A DNA stretch of 64,000 nt, from assembly GCF_052425735.1 (NCBI RefSeq), contig NC_135759.1, forward strand, positions 21,204,001-21,268,000, in the 5' to 3' direction. The stretch's first letter is position 1; each line of letters starts with the position of its first letter. The translations under genes were made by a program, and so were the position numbers. This document shows positions 25,672 through 38,790 of the stretch, piece after piece. The DNA is from Oculina patagonica. Its lineage: Eukaryota. The notes below the pieces were generated by a model, which was not told the origin of the DNA, ran no database searches, and saw only the letters and a program-made list of their open reading frames with translations.

Positions 25672-26121
25672 GCCACTAGGTCCAAAAGATGCGTTTTTTA
25701 CGAAAAGTACGCCGAAAATCACTACACAGAATTCCTTTCGGCTTACAATGAGAGCTGGACAATAGCAGTGTCCAAGAAGGGCACAATGAGACCTGGACAC
25801 AAGGGACAAAGAGGAAAAAGAACCGTTCAGTTTATTGAGCGAGCTTCAAAGATCATCATTCAAACAAAAAATGTCCAGGAGTCACTTTATCACGGGCTTC
25901 GAGATCACATTGAACAGCTGTTGCGGGCATACAGAGCTAAAGAAGGCGACAGCAATAAAGACAAGACGAGGAAAATGCCACACCCTGGTTATCCAGAAAC
26001 AAGGAAGCGAAAAACCAAGATTAAAAGGAAAGAGAAGAAGATGAAGCAGCGATCTAAGAACAAGTTGCTAAAAATGCTTCGAAAAGAACAGCGCAAAGAA
26101 GAGAGGAAAGATAAACCCTAA
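25672..26121 (+). CDS. FGF8: FGF8-like B, coding exon 5 (ATRSKRCVFYEKYAENHYTEF...VQFIERAS plus long basic tail); 270 aa in total
   Basis: Acceptor ctttcttacag; C-x-F-x-E-x6-Y FGF signature; in frame with track ORF 25768..26121; TAA stop. Confidence 0.95.
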   Translation, partial: ATRSKRCVFYEKYAENHYTEFLSAYNESWTIAVSKKGTMRPGHKGQRGKRTVQFIERASKIIIQTKNVQESLYHGLRDHIEQLLRAYRAKEGDSNKDKTRKMPHPGYPETRKRKTKIKRKEKKMKQRSKNKLLKMLRKEQRKEERKDKP

Positions 26122-28952
26122 GCACTGTTGTTTCGTTAACTTATTCTACTTGTTTTAGCACTGTACTTTAACTTATTCTATGTTTAGATAACTGCCAGCC
26201 ATGATTTTGGGAGTATCCAAGGGGCTTATATTCAATCTCTTTCCATTTTTCACATCATAGAGCAAAATACGTGCCACAGAACTGGGTTCCTACCAGTTAT
26301 CTTTGGCTTTCTCACGCCCACAATTCGTTCCTCCCAACCGAAGAGCCGGAAAGAAGTCACAAAAAAAAATCGTTCATTTGGCTCGCTCGTAACACGATAT
26401 TTCTTTTCGGGAAACATCATATGGGGTGGGACGTTGCGTTAAATGCCACAAAGACACGAAGTGCGATCGCACCGAAAACGTACACTCAACAGAAACACCC
26501 GCAAACACTGATTGGAGGCAGGTGATGCATTTATGGGACAGTGAATCAGCCTCAAAGTGTCAAATGTTCTATTTTAATTAGTAATACTACCCAAAAAGCC
26601 CCAAGATGTAAAATTAGCATAAATTGATAAATATTCTTTGATTTTAATGATCACAATCAATACTCTATAATTGAGCCTATAGATGAGATGACTGGCTGTC
26701 CTTCATTATAGGTAATGATGAACAAAATCACTTGTTTTTATGTAATTATGACACCTTTTCCATTTTATAAGAACATGCTGAATTTTTCAGCCTCACCTTG
26801 TTCTTATAAAATGGGGCTTTATTGGCCAAATTCAGTTCAGCCTGGTGTTCTTAATCCATTTGTTCTCATATGCGGGTGTTTAAAGTGTGGGTTCATATCA
26901 TAGTGTGCTCAGATATTTAGAACGAGTCTTTACAACTTATCTCTAAATTCGTTATTAACATAAGTTAAAGTGTGGCTAAACATAGTAGGAATAGGTTGAA
27001 CTCAGAAGAACCCCTCGTTATAGCTGGATTACGTTTATTATCAGTTGAAAATATAACGAGCAGACTTTCAACCGAGACAAAATACAAGTCTGACGGCAGC
27101 GCAACCGCTGAAAAAAAAAAAACAATTGACAAAATGTGGAAGAACGTTGGTAATTCGCTTACGTTCCCGGGCTTACGTTTTGAATGACATCTGTAAAACC
27201 AAAACCAAAGTAGTCATAGAGCTCATCACTTCGATTGCAAAAAGTAGAACAAGTCAGTTAGAACTCAAACGAAAAACTGGCAACTGGTGGCGAGCGTGGG
27301 AATTGACGCACAAGGTGATTGGTCAGTTTTAGATTTGCACCTGAGTAGGGGACTAGGGACGACTTCTTGCTTTTGATTAGTCTGAGTACTTTGCACGAAT
27401 TTAAGGAATTTTTATAGCCAATTACCTAGCTAGGCAAAAAAAATTCAAAATTGTCTTTAAAAAATTGTCGGGGGACAAAATTGCTTTTGAAATACCTTCA
27501 CAAAAAGCTGATCATTGCTTCTTCTTGAAAACTTATATATTTTTTCTCTACACGATGAGCAGCTTCGCAGACTGTACGAGTGAATCATACCCATTTCGTA
27601 TGAAAATCAATTTGCATTACTTCACAGCACAGGGATAAACAGTTATCAGTGTTTTGTTGGGTGTACCGTTAATTTTGAAGCAATTATGCCGATGTTATTC
27701 TTCTTCCCAGTTACATTGTATTATACAGGATTATAAATGTATGGCTTATTGATATTGTTTTGCTTTGTATAATATAAATTTACATATATAAAGTGACATC
27801 GGACACAATGTTCCTGTTAAAAAGCGACTCAAAGCAAGAGTAAATTGAATTTTTAACTTGAGTTGCAGTTTGTGACTTCATGCGTACTATTTAGCTAAGT
27901 CCGCCGTTAATCTATCACTGAAAAGTAAAACATATCTGGATACTTTGGTTTTTTGCCTAAGCTTATCCCCTCCTTCCCTCCCTCGAACGGGCAAAAAAGT
28001 AAGGAAAATTGATCTAGCAAACTGGCAACCATCCGCATTGAGTAGCAAAAGGGCCGGTGCACAAGAAAGTAGACTTGATTAAAGGCTCAAGAGTCCCATA
28101 ATGGAACTTAAACTTCCAGAGTAAGCTTTATTGGCTTAACGAGACATGTTAGTTTTAATGGGAGTATTGGGCAACTTGCAGAACCCGGCTCCAAATCCAA
28201 GAATCTCGGCACCAATCAACAAAGCGATCCAAACCGGAATTGACGTAAAACTGTTTGTAAAATTTAATCTAAGCGGGAAACGTTACATAAGTGAATTCGG
28301 ATTGGTTAGTTAGAACACTTTGCACAAGTTTCAGCGAACCAGTTGTCGAGCTAGGCAAAAGCGAAATAAAGAAGTAACCCCACCATTACCTTAGAATACC
28401 ATCGGCTCTTTGCCGAGTGTTTCAGATAAATTTCTAAAGACGTGAGCAACACGGCGCGTATCAAGAAAAGAGGATGAAATTTGATAACAATAGGCTTTGT
28501 TAAACGATCAAAAATGACCCCTCCATTCTGACATTTTGGAATAATGAAGGGAACAGCTTCTAAATACTCAAGAGATTTTTCGAATATTTTAACACTTGTC
28601 TTTGCAAGGGAAAGTACATTACTGGATACTGGACTCTTAAGTTTCAGCGTTCCTTGGCAATAGCTCGGAATGTTGAAGCAGTTATAACATGCTCACAAGT
28701 TAAAGGAGTTACCGAGTAGCATTTTTCGCGCCGGGTCGGCCAGGGTCTTTAATAGGTATACGGTATAAAGAGGGATTTTAAATAGGGTATACAGTAATAT
28801 TATGCTAATAAAATTGGGCGATCCCTGGTGCTGACCAAAAGGATCGCGGCCTCTGCGAGCGAGAACAGAGATTGGCACGAGAGTTGGTGAAACCTGCGCA
28901 TGCGTTAACTGATTCGGGTCTCACCCGATACTTACATCGACGCGATTACCTC

Positions 28953-29381
28953 CCGGGGGGGGGGGGCACTCAAAAAAGTTTTATACGGGGAGGCTCCGCC
29001 CCAAGCTCTTACCCCTTACCCTTTTATATACCATTTTTGACAGGAATTGTACCCCTTTCGTATACCTTTTACTGAAAAAAGGTACCCCTTTCATATACCT
29101 AAGAGACATGGCATGAGCCTTAGAACAGGACGTTTTCTTGGCATTTTTATGTAGCGCTTAATAAATTAAAATAATAGAGCCATAAAGTGGGTCTGTTCAA
29201 AATATTTTAATTAAAGGCCCTTTTAAAAAGCCTAAATGACAGATTTTCATACCCTTTCATATACCTAAACTCGTGAAATCCCTACCCTTTTATATACCTG
29301 AAGCCTGAAAAAGGTACCCCTTTCGGGCGGAGCCTCCCCTTATAGGCCATTATAGGGAGTACCCCCTCCCCCCCCCCCCGG
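28953..29381. mobile_element. 429-bp MITE with 9-bp target-site duplication (Mutator-like by TSD length)
   Basis: CCG(n)...GGGGAGGCTCCGCCC / GGGCGGAGCCTCCCC...C(n)GG termini; TSD GATTACCTC / GATTGCCTC; internal TACCCTTT repeats. Confidence 0.85.
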
Positions 29382-31810
29382 GATTGCCTCATTACAATGT
29401 GAGGGAAGAGCGAGAACAAAAATGCTATACCACTAGTACATGCAAAAGGATGAAAAAGCATGATTGCCCCTCAAGCAGCACCACACAATACCTCCAACAC
29501 ATGCATTTACAACAGTCGCTGAAACAGCTCCGTCCCGGAGACGGAACGACGACACACAGACAAAAAGGAAACCGGCAGCAAAACGACCGCGGGGACAGCA
29601 CAGACAAATGAATCTACAAAGAAGCCTAAGAAGCGTCTGAAAATTTTCTAAACTGGAGTCCTTTATAGGTTATTTATATGCAGTATAGGGGCATAAGGAT
29701 CGGCGACATCATCCGGAGCACGTTTCTCCTAAGGCTTTATGTATCCGCTAACGTTCCCTCTATCCCGGTTGTTTTTATTGAGGGAAGTGGGTGGATATTT
29801 ATCTTGACAAAAATACTTAAAAATACTTTGGTCAGCCCGTTAGGATCAGAAATGAAATTATACTTTCCAAAATCCATTTTAATTTAGGCTAATTTCAACC
29901 ATACGCACCAGTTTTGTATATTACAGCTTCTTCTACAAAAGCGTAGTACAAAGATCTACAAAGTGCTGACATGATAGATTCGCAAAGCGAAAATAAATTG
30001 CCCGCGTTGCGCACTCTAGATCCTCCTCCGACCGGACACGGGGGAGCGACGGAAACCGAACCCAGGATACGGTGCGGACGGGCAAAATCACGTTCTTGAT
30101 TTTTATCCTACTTGTCTAAGACAAATCAGTTCTGATATATGTGCAGTACTGATATGTCATTATTCACATTGCTAATTGTAGCAAGCTTAACGATGTCCCA
30201 TCAGCTACATTAGTAATCTTTCTTCAGTAACTGTATTCAGGAAATACAGTAAATAAACAGAAACAGGGGCACACTGAGGTAATCACTCTCCTGCGCCGTG
30301 CGAAGAGCAGAACTCTGCGCAACAAAAGCAGGAAAACCATAGGGCTCCACACTAATGTAATATTTTTGATTCAGTGAATGTTTTAATCTTAGGCATCCTG
30401 ACAATTGTTAGCCTGCACAGGAGTACATCTCTATCAGCCGTTTTTCTTAGCTTATGGTTGCGCACGATGAGAGGCGGCTGCTGTTCTATTGTCTATAATT
30501 CATTAAACCTAAAGTGCGACAAAAGAAAGCGATCGCAAAACTTACCATTATTCTGGATAGTTGTCGATGGAAGCCTCATCTGGCATCAATTTCACAATTT
30601 TCCCTCAGGAATGAAAGCGGTATCAAGCAGTTGAAGCGCTGTTGTTTTGACGCAGAGTTTGTTACGAGCGCGCGCTTCCTTTCAACTCGACTGCTCGTAT
30701 GTCCAACCGGCTTGTTATGAAATACCTGGTTTATAGCCCAGGAGATCAACGACCCAGTCGGTACATTGTTCTTTGATGATTAGCGGTAATCCACTATGTT
30801 GCATAAGTGTGGACCAATGCACTCTGAAGAAATGCGCTATTCATTAGTCAAACAATTTCCCTAACAATGTAACATTTCTCCACATAACGACCACAATCTC
30901 ACTTTCTTCCAGCAGCGAGCCTTCCTATTTTAAACTCTCATACAGATTAAGTTTGACCGACGAGGGTGATTTTTAAACCATGAGATTTCTGGCAAAATCC
31001 CGAAAATTGGAACATCCTGTTGGTTATGATCTGATGCCTGCGGCAAGTGAGATGGGAGATTCGCCACTTCCTGGTTCTGTTTTTCCGACAATAGAGCGTG
31101 TGACATGACAAACTCTTTAAACAGCTGTTAAGATATTCTCCAATGTTCTGAATGTTCCACGACCAAAATTTAAATTACTTTTATATAGAGCGGCCGTTTC
31201 GATGTATCTACTGTAGTTCAGCGATCGTTTGTTGTCTTTCTAGTCACTTCAACTTTTATTCTGTTTATGTCTATCTTGTCCCACTATCTTGTGCCACAAC
31301 AGAACTTTGATTGTCGTGGAAGTGAAGAGCTCTATAATGATGAGGAAAGTGGGATCAATGCTGATTCTATCTCATCTTGGGTGGTCAAACTAGATTTATA
31401 GGTCTCTTTGTTAGCAAAACTGCACTAAGAAACAATGGTCTACAACTGCGTCTACAACTGAAAAGCACAGATCTGACGCGCCATTGTCGGAAAGAGCAAA
31501 GGGATCCGGGAAAAATACGCTTGTCTGACAAAGTGCAGATTTCTCAATTAAAAACCACTTCTTGCCGAAAAGCTCACATCAACACCTCATGTTTCTTGAC
31601 AGACAACTGGCGTGCCTTGCATGTGAAAGTCCTCGTTTTTACAAAAAGAAAACAATTTGTCCTAACAGATGTAGTTGTAATTGTTCAGTCAGGACTACAA
31701 TCAAGGCTTTAATGTCATTATTTTAAAGTATTTTTTGGCCCTATTCCCAACTTGGGTGGAGGAGCTAAACTAGTAAATTTAAGGTTTAACGTGTGACTTT
31801 GAGCAAACTA

Positions 31811-31885
31811 CAGCCTTCAAGCAGGCTCCCCGTTGGAAAAAAGAAATGAAAACTTTTTTCCCGCGGAGAGCCCGCTCGCAGGCTG
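31811..31885. mobile_element. Tiny palindromic MITE-like repeat
   Basis: Imperfect TIRs CAGCCTTCAAGCAGGCTC / GAGCCCGCTCGCAGGCTG. Confidence 0.55.
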
Positions 31886-33470
31886 CAAAGCAAATGATGT
31901 GCAAAGGGCCCCATGGTCGATAGATGAATAGTATGGGGCTACCTTTGAGCATTTAGATCTGGTCTGTTTAAACTGATTGTTTTGGTAACGTTTTTAACCG
32001 GAACTTTGTTTAAGAATAGGGCCACGCAAAAAGAAAACTTTTGAGGAGGCCCGCGTGAAGGAGGACGGTCTTTCGGTTACAAGATTATCCCAGGGGGGGG
32101 GGGGCAAAGATGCCCCCTATCCCCACTCTAATCTCTCAGTCGACATGACTGCAAAGTTTACACGGTGATATGACTCAAAAGACTCCAGTGAATTTAGAAT
32201 TATTCTCATTCCTTTTGTTATTCCATTGTTTAAGACTGATTGACTAAAATTAGGAAGCACATATATAAAACATTCAACTATGCCAGTATCTTTCTGTTTA
32301 GTACGTTATGGTCGTACACGTATCGAGTGTGTAAAAACAAGAGCGCTTTAACACCGGAAATTGCAGTTGAAAAGGTTACAGATAACAAGGTTCAGGAGTA
32401 ACATAATTGATTAAGAGGCTGTGTGGAAGTTTTTAGGATAAACACGACTTGAGAGAAATCTCCATGAGATTTTCCCCACATGTATTTTCAAAACAGCCTT
32501 GCGCTCAACAGTCGAAATAATATCCTGCCTAATCCCATAAATAATGAGACAACGACTTGCCAAACATAATGACATGTTTCCTAGAACTGTTTTTAATTTA
32601 AATTACTCTACTTCATAGATTTTTTCCAAAACATCTGGTAAACTATTTAGCAAAAAACCCCGAACCGTTGCTTCAGGCATGTTTTCCCCGCAGTTTCTCT
32701 CGTGAGAAAAATCGGGACGGGATGTTTTTGATCAAGGCCGAATTTTTTCCGGTGAAACGAAGTGAACTCGGTTCTTGTAAAGAAAAGGGAAATGAGTGGG
32801 TGTATAAACAGTTTGTAAAACAGACAAAGATAAATCACAAACATTTTTATGTGTTTAAACTGGCAGATTAAGTTATATATTAATAAAGTGCTTCAACTTT
32901 AAAATGCAAGGCGATCAATTAGACCAAATGACCATCAACTTTTAATCTACTTTGTTTAAAGACGTATTTCTTTCTTTTCGAGCGGCGGAGTAGTTTACTC
33001 TCTTTTCCCTATCTAAAGCCTGTCAAATGTAGATCTTTAATAATGATCACAGCGATAAAAACAGCAAAAATTATATCGTAATTAAAGTGTCATTTGTATC
33101 TTCAGCTGAGCATACAATTATTTTACAATTTCAAACCTTTGTGAACTTTCGTTTGTGGTACGACCAAAACAAATATTTTCTTTCCTGTAAATCCTTACTA
33201 AATTTACCACATATTCCGGGTTATTCTTTACCTTGGGTTTTAACTTTTGTAATTTTGGAATGCCGCCCTAGAAAATTATCCCAAGAAAAACAATTTGTCA
33301 CTCTGCCCGAACAATGGGCAACTTTTCTCTCACTTCAGGGGTTAAACGTAACAGGACACCTTTGATGAAAATCCCACTGGTATCGCTTCTCATCTGTGGC
33401 CTTCTCATTTACACTCGACACTGTGATAAAATGTCGGCAATACCTCCCACTTAAGGCCTGCAACGAGCAG

Positions 33471-33477
33471 TATAAAA
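33471..33477 (+). promoter_or_regulatory. TATA box of FGF8-C
   Basis: TATAAAA in a GC-richer context 87 nt upstream of the ATG. Confidence 0.6.
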
Positions 33478-33557
33478 GCGGGCAATTTGTAGAGACCTCG
33501 CTGATTCATCTTCATCGGATGTCTTTACAGCCTGCTTGTGCGTTCAACGACTCTACA

Positions 33558-33607
33558 ATGAAGACCAAGCTGTCATCCTTGAGTATTTGTGGTCTTATTT
33601 TAATCCT
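33558..33607 (+). CDS. FGF8: FGF8/17/18-like ligand C, coding exon 1 (MKTKLSSLSICGLILI(L))
   Basis: acaATG; 50 nt; phase-2 GTAAGT donor; TATAAAA 87 nt upstream. Confidence 0.85.
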
Positions 33608-33709
33608 GTAAGTCTTGACAATTTGAAAAGAACGTCCTGTTTCAGATAACACGCCACACGTGTGTGGCTAATTCGTTGTAGACTGATAAAATCTTCGTAT
33701 CTCTTTCAG

Positions 33710-33800
33710 CCTTCCAGTAACCTTCAGCACCAGTCCTGCAGCTAATAGCTGGGATAGTAGCAAAGGATCACTGAAATGTCCTACAGATAAGTCCATTCCG
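33710..33800 (+). CDS. FGF8: FGF8-like C, coding exon 2 (LPVTFSTSPAANSWDSSKGSLKCPTDKSIP)
   Basis: Acceptor tatctctttcag; 91 nt; donor gtaaga; phase 2 to 0; open frame. Confidence 0.82.
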
Positions 33801-33887
33801 GTAAGACACAGATACTAGTGAACACCGCCACTTTTTGTACAAGATAACGTGTTTAAAGAACTTTTCCGTTTTCTCTTGTTATTTCAG

Positions 33888-34056
33888 TTCTACGAGAGAA
33901 AAATGTGCGAGTTTGTTGAAAAACAAAAAAATATAACGGACCCACAAAATCCTCCTACAAAAAGAACTGTTCAACTCTATTCAAGAGCTTCAAAACTTCA
34001 CGTTCAAATCATGAAAACGGAGCTGGATGCTCGCGGTCGGGACGGCTCAGGATACG
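33888..34056 (+). CDS. FGF8: FGF8-like C, coding exon 3 (FYERKMCEFVEKQKNITDPQNPPTKRTVQLYSRASKLHVQIMKTELDARGRDGSGY)
   Basis: Acceptor ttgttatttcag; 169 nt; phase 0 to 1; donor gtaaga; RTVQLYSRASKLHVQ resembles FGF8 RTYQLYSRTSGKHVQ. Confidence 0.95.
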
Positions 34057-37000
34057 GTAAGAAGAGTGGAAGTTAACTCCTTTTTAATTAGTTACGAAGA
34101 AACGAAAAACTGTACCGAAGTACCTGCGAATTAAGATCTCTGTTACTTAAATGGAAACTATAAAGGACATGCTTAGTTTGTTTTTTAAATAATTTATGCT
34201 CGCATTGTTTTCTTACTCTATCAATAATTTCTTTAGGTTATCATAAGTTCGCTGATGCTTTCAGAGAAAACATTCAGCTATATACGCCAGCTAGACTCAA
34301 GTAACATTTCTCTCGGCATAGCTTGTGTTACATTCACTCATTTTGTCCTCGTTTGTCGTCGTATCTTTATTAGATCATGATAAATATCGTGATTACCGCA
34401 TTTCGTGATTAAGGAGAAAGTTAACGATCATCTGGGGACCACATTGAAAAAGCGCTTCGTAGGAAGAGCACGCTATCACGAAAGCCAAAAATATCCCACT
34501 TTATCTGCCTCAAGTAAGTTTTGTTCTTAACAAAGATGATCAGAAAATAACGCCGTCACACAGAGCGGATTTTGCGGCTTGTTCTTTTTAATTGCAAGTC
34601 ACGTTTCTTCAAGTAAGTGCGAAATTACTTTCCGCTTTTCCGTTTTCGAATAAATTAAAACGGATAGCCGGCGCCCTCTCAGCACGAGCATCTTCCGTCA
34701 ACAAAGCAACACTAAACTTAACTGCAAACAAAAACAACTCGCTTACGTTCAAAACTGATCTCGTTCCAGAAAATGGGAGAAAGTGGCGTTTTTTTTTAAT
34801 TTGGCTTGCCATCAATTGCGGACTAAATCCTGGTTTTAGGGTTGGGTCGTTTCGCCACAGGGATCGGAACTAACTGGATCGCACATGTTTTACGTTTTCA
34901 CGGGAATCCAACGCTTTTTTCGTTCAAGTCGGAGTGAAGCTAAGTGTGTCGATTCTTCTGTTCTTCGAATTCTTTCTTCAAAGCTCTTTTTCTTTTCTTT
35001 CTACTCTCATAGAACAGGATGATAGACTCTTTAGGAAAGTGGTCGTGACGTTTTGCTTTGTCGTTTCTTCAACACAAAATGCCCCGTGCTAAGAAGAACG
35101 ATTTTTGTTTAAGTTTGTAGAACAAAGTATTCTTCCACAAAACAGCGACTGATAGAAATATTCAGTAAAAGGGAAAATGCTCTCCTCATCACCAAGTAGT
35201 GTAAATTGGCTCCCCGGCGTGGGAGGCTAATAAACTTCTATCGCTACATTATGTAACTGTTTACGTCCCAAGTAACGTAAGGTTAGAAGGGGGATTGTTT
35301 AAGATCTGTTTCAAGTAAACTATTGAATTTTTGTTTTCGTCTGAAGTATTCTCTTCGATCTTTGGCGTTGTTATCATTGTTTATTCAGCTAGCTTTACTA
35401 ATGGCCCCACAAAACGAAACATGGGGCGCAGTTATTTATGTGGGTTTTGTTGATATTATAAATTCTTTCGTAATGGATACCGTTTTGTCTAACAAACCGT
35501 GAACGTTCTGATTTTAATTCACCTTGAACGTTAACATTATTTTCTCAGTTGGCTCAATAATTACACTGAGATGCAGGTTGCATCGATTAATCCCGGTTCA
35601 ATGACTCATCAATTGCTTTAGTGATAAAGCAGCTTGAGTTCACTGCACAGTAGTATGGCGCAGTCGACGCTCGATTATAAACTTGTAAGTCAAAAGCATG
35701 ATCGTTTTCTCGTTGATTAATCTGGTTCTTCCGGAGGCTGAGTGAATCACACTGTTGATGAATAATGAAGTGCCATAAAGGAAAGATTGATCAATGAATT
35801 CTTTGTGCTCCTATTTTTTCTCAGACTTTAAGTTCAATATCATAAAATCTGGCTCTAATAAGTTAAAACTTACAAAAACGCACAATACAGTTTAAGTAAA
35901 TTGTAAATTAGAAACTAAGCCGCTGTTGACATTGGCGAGGATAAAAAAAAAAGAAAATAACCTGCTTGGTTTCGCACAGCTTGCACAGCACGTCAGATCA
36001 TGAAGCAGAGGGGAGGGGGCGGGAAAGAACAAAAAATAACCCAGCCTATCCTGTTGGTAATTCCGCTACTGTTTTCTCTCCGCGCGGCCTCTCCTTCTCT
36101 GTTTGTGTTTTCATTCTCACTTCCTGTCCTTTTCCCTTCTTTTTAACCCGCTGTGCATGCACAACACCCGCGGAAAGTGGGTTGAAGTAAAAAAGTTAAA
36201 ACTGCCGTGTGGCAAAAAAAGAAATTGGGGGTTCTAATTTTTGCGGCTTTTTTCACGATCGGAAAAAGAGTTCTGGCTGTTAAGTTTTTTTCCACAAAAA
36301 AATTCACGGTGAAGAGGAGGAATACCGGTTAGAGGCACATAATTTTTGTGGTTCTTTTCACAAAGGTCGCACAAAAATGTTGCTTCCTTCAAAAAAAATA
36401 TACACTCTAAAGAAAATACAACGGGTCCCACGAGTATTTATTTTCCTGCATACACAAAGCCTTTGTATTACACGGAAAAAAGAAATGTCAAGTGGGATAT
36501 TCCATAGTATACCACACGAGAAGTGTTGTGTCTATTTTATACCATATAGAAATTACGCAAGAGAAAAGATCCCAGGCCCGTGGAAGGTGGAACCACAAAT
36601 ACAGGTAGACTGGCTGTTTTTCGATCTTACAAATATTCATCAAGTGGTGCAGTTCAGTTATCGCTGCTTCGTTTCCAGGACATTCAGCCACAGAAGACCA
36701 AAACGGTTTTATAATGACTAATAATGTAATCTTTGCAATTAGACTGACATGATATTCTTGCACTGAAATTTTCACTGTTTTACGTGAAAGTCTTGCAAAA
36801 CACAAAGAAGATCAAAATCATACAAAGTTGAATTCCCACAAAAAATTTACCACGCGAGCAAAATACCAGGGACTGTTATTCCACTTCCTTTTTGGGGCAA
36901 GAACTCTAACGAATTAACGCATTTGACTCAGCATGGCTTTCTTTCAAACTTGCATTTTCCATGAATTGCAGGAAGTGGACCGCCAAGTTTTCTGTGAAAC

Positions 37001-37420
37001 TTTACATACCGTATATGCTAGGGAGAGTAGTACTCCCCTGTCATGGACTAGCATACCTTCAGCATTGGTGATCAGACTCTCAGTTGCTTACTCTGCGTTA
37101 CTTTTATAAGTTTGGAAATATAATGTTGGCTGTCAAGTATTGTCCTGTTAAGTGAACAGACTTAACCTTGTAGAAGAGGAGAAAGGCTTTTCGTTTATAA
37201 ATATAACGTTTTCGGACGTTAAGTTGAGCGGCACCTCTACCCGGATTTTTCTTCTTTCATCCAAGACTCCATCAAAGTTTCCACCCAGTTTCTTCACCTC
37301 TATACCATTTTTCCAACGTCAGAAATAAATTCTCCTTTCTTTATTGGGTACATTTTTTCGTCATAATTCACCTTGGGATAATTTAGGATTTATTCGCGGC
37401 GTTGGGCACCGGATGATCTA

Positions 37421-37755
37421 GGGGAGCAGGGATAGCGCAGTGGTCAGTGAGAGCGCTCGCCTCATACCAATATCTTGGGTTGAATCCTGTCCTGTCATAT
37501 CTCCGTCGAGTTTGTTGTTTGGTCTCGTTCCTGCTACTGAGGGTTTCCCTTCAGGATTCCCAGGTTTTCCACCCTCCACAAAAGTCGATACTTCTAAATT
37601 CCAATTCTATCGGGAATCAGAGGGCCCCAAGTTTGTCAGTTCAAAGACTGTTATGTGCAACCATCGTTGAACAAAGTCGTTTTTTTTGATTGGTTGATTT
37701 ACTTATTTACTTATTTATTGGCGATTTTTTCATTCATTCATTCATTCATTCATTC
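37421..37755 (+). mobile_element. tRNA-derived SINE (older copy of the family at 46412)
   Basis: A box GATAGCGCAGTGG, B box GGGTTGAATCC; body alignable to 46412-46700; (ATTT)/(CATT)n tail. Confidence 0.85.
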
Positions 37756-38253
37756 CAGGATTTTAATATGTACCGACAATTGATGGAAATGCAATCGTTG
37801 CAAGCGTCTTTAAACTGAACAATCATTTATTTCGCAAATGATTATCTTATACTTTTGTACTACCCATAAAAATGTTTTTTACCCATTCTATACACGTTTT
37901 CACAAAACAAAGCCGGTTATTTTGAATAATTCGTTTGATAGGTACCCCTCCCTGTCCCTGCACACCCCCCCCCCCCCCCAAAAAAAAAAAAAAAAAAAAA
38001 AAGAAATGAAGTGTGTTTTAGGCATTTTCTGAAAAGCTACAAATCAGTGAATTCTCCAAACCAATTACATACTGTACGTTTTAATATTTTATAACTGATT
38101 TGGGGGTGGGGGTTTTATGGGTGATTTTTCTCAATTTCCATCACCTGTGAATACATTTTCGATGAAAATGATTTATATAAGGCTCATTTGAGTGTTCGTG
38201 TATTTCGTTTGCTGTTTTCACCACCCTAACATCATTCTTCATTCATTCTGTAG

Positions 38254-38357
38254 CGAGACTTGTGCTGGAGTCAGACAACTTTGGACGGATAAAGATTCGA
38301 GGAGAGAATACAAACCGCTATCTCTGCATTAATAAGAAAGGAGACCTCGTTGCAAGG
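38254..38357 (+). CDS. FGF8: FGF8-like C, coding exon 4 (ARLVLESDNFGRIKIRGENTNRYLCINKKGDLVAR)
   Basis: 104-nt exon between cattctgtag and gtgaga; absent from the ORF track; clear FGF core. Confidence 0.95.
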
Positions 38358-38397
38358 GTGAGAATTCAGTTTCTCTTGTATTTGACTCTGTAGTACA

Positions 38398-38790
38398 AGG
38401 GGGGACCCGGTGGCCGAATGGTCAGTGAGCTGGACTCCGGATCGAGTGGTCCGCGTTTGAGTTCTACCCGGGGTCACTGTGTTGTGTTCTTGGGCATGAC
38501 ACGTTACTCTCTTAATGCCTCTCTCCATCCAGGTGTACAAATGGGTACTGACAAGTTTAATGTTGGGGGTAACCCTGCGCGGGACTAACATCCCATCCAG
38601 GGGGGAGTAGGTCTCTCGTACATGGGTGCACCTAGCACAGCAAGAAGTATATATTATGTATATTTTTGTTGAAGAAAGAGAGGAAACATAAAATTTTGGG
38701 TGTTTTTCTCCCAAAAAAACAAATACTCCTAGTCGCTAAATGCTTAGAAACCGGGATAAGATTCGGCGACATGGGACACTTAGCTCTTTA
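38398..38790 (+). mobile_element. tRNA-derived SINE (second family, CORE-like centre), apparently interrupted by about 90 bp
   Basis: A box GGTGGCCGAATGG; TTGTGTTCTTGGGCA..CCAGGTGTACAAATGGGTAC body; CATCCCATCCAGGGGGGAGTAG then resumes at AAATACTCCTAGTC (38721). Starts about 40 nt after the FGF8-C exon 4 donor. Confidence 0.8.

Noticed and set aside
33801-33887. In-frame retention of the 87-nt FGF8-C intron 2
   Set aside because: There is a TAG stop at the sixth codon.
2655-37280. Scattered TCF/LEF-like ATCAAAG/CTTTGAT sites as evidence of Wnt control
   Set aside because: The number seen is about what chance gives in AT-rich DNA, and they are not clustered.
38271-38714. 147-aa minus-strand ORF, and the ORFs at 46327-46631
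   Set aside because: These are antisense translations of SINEs.
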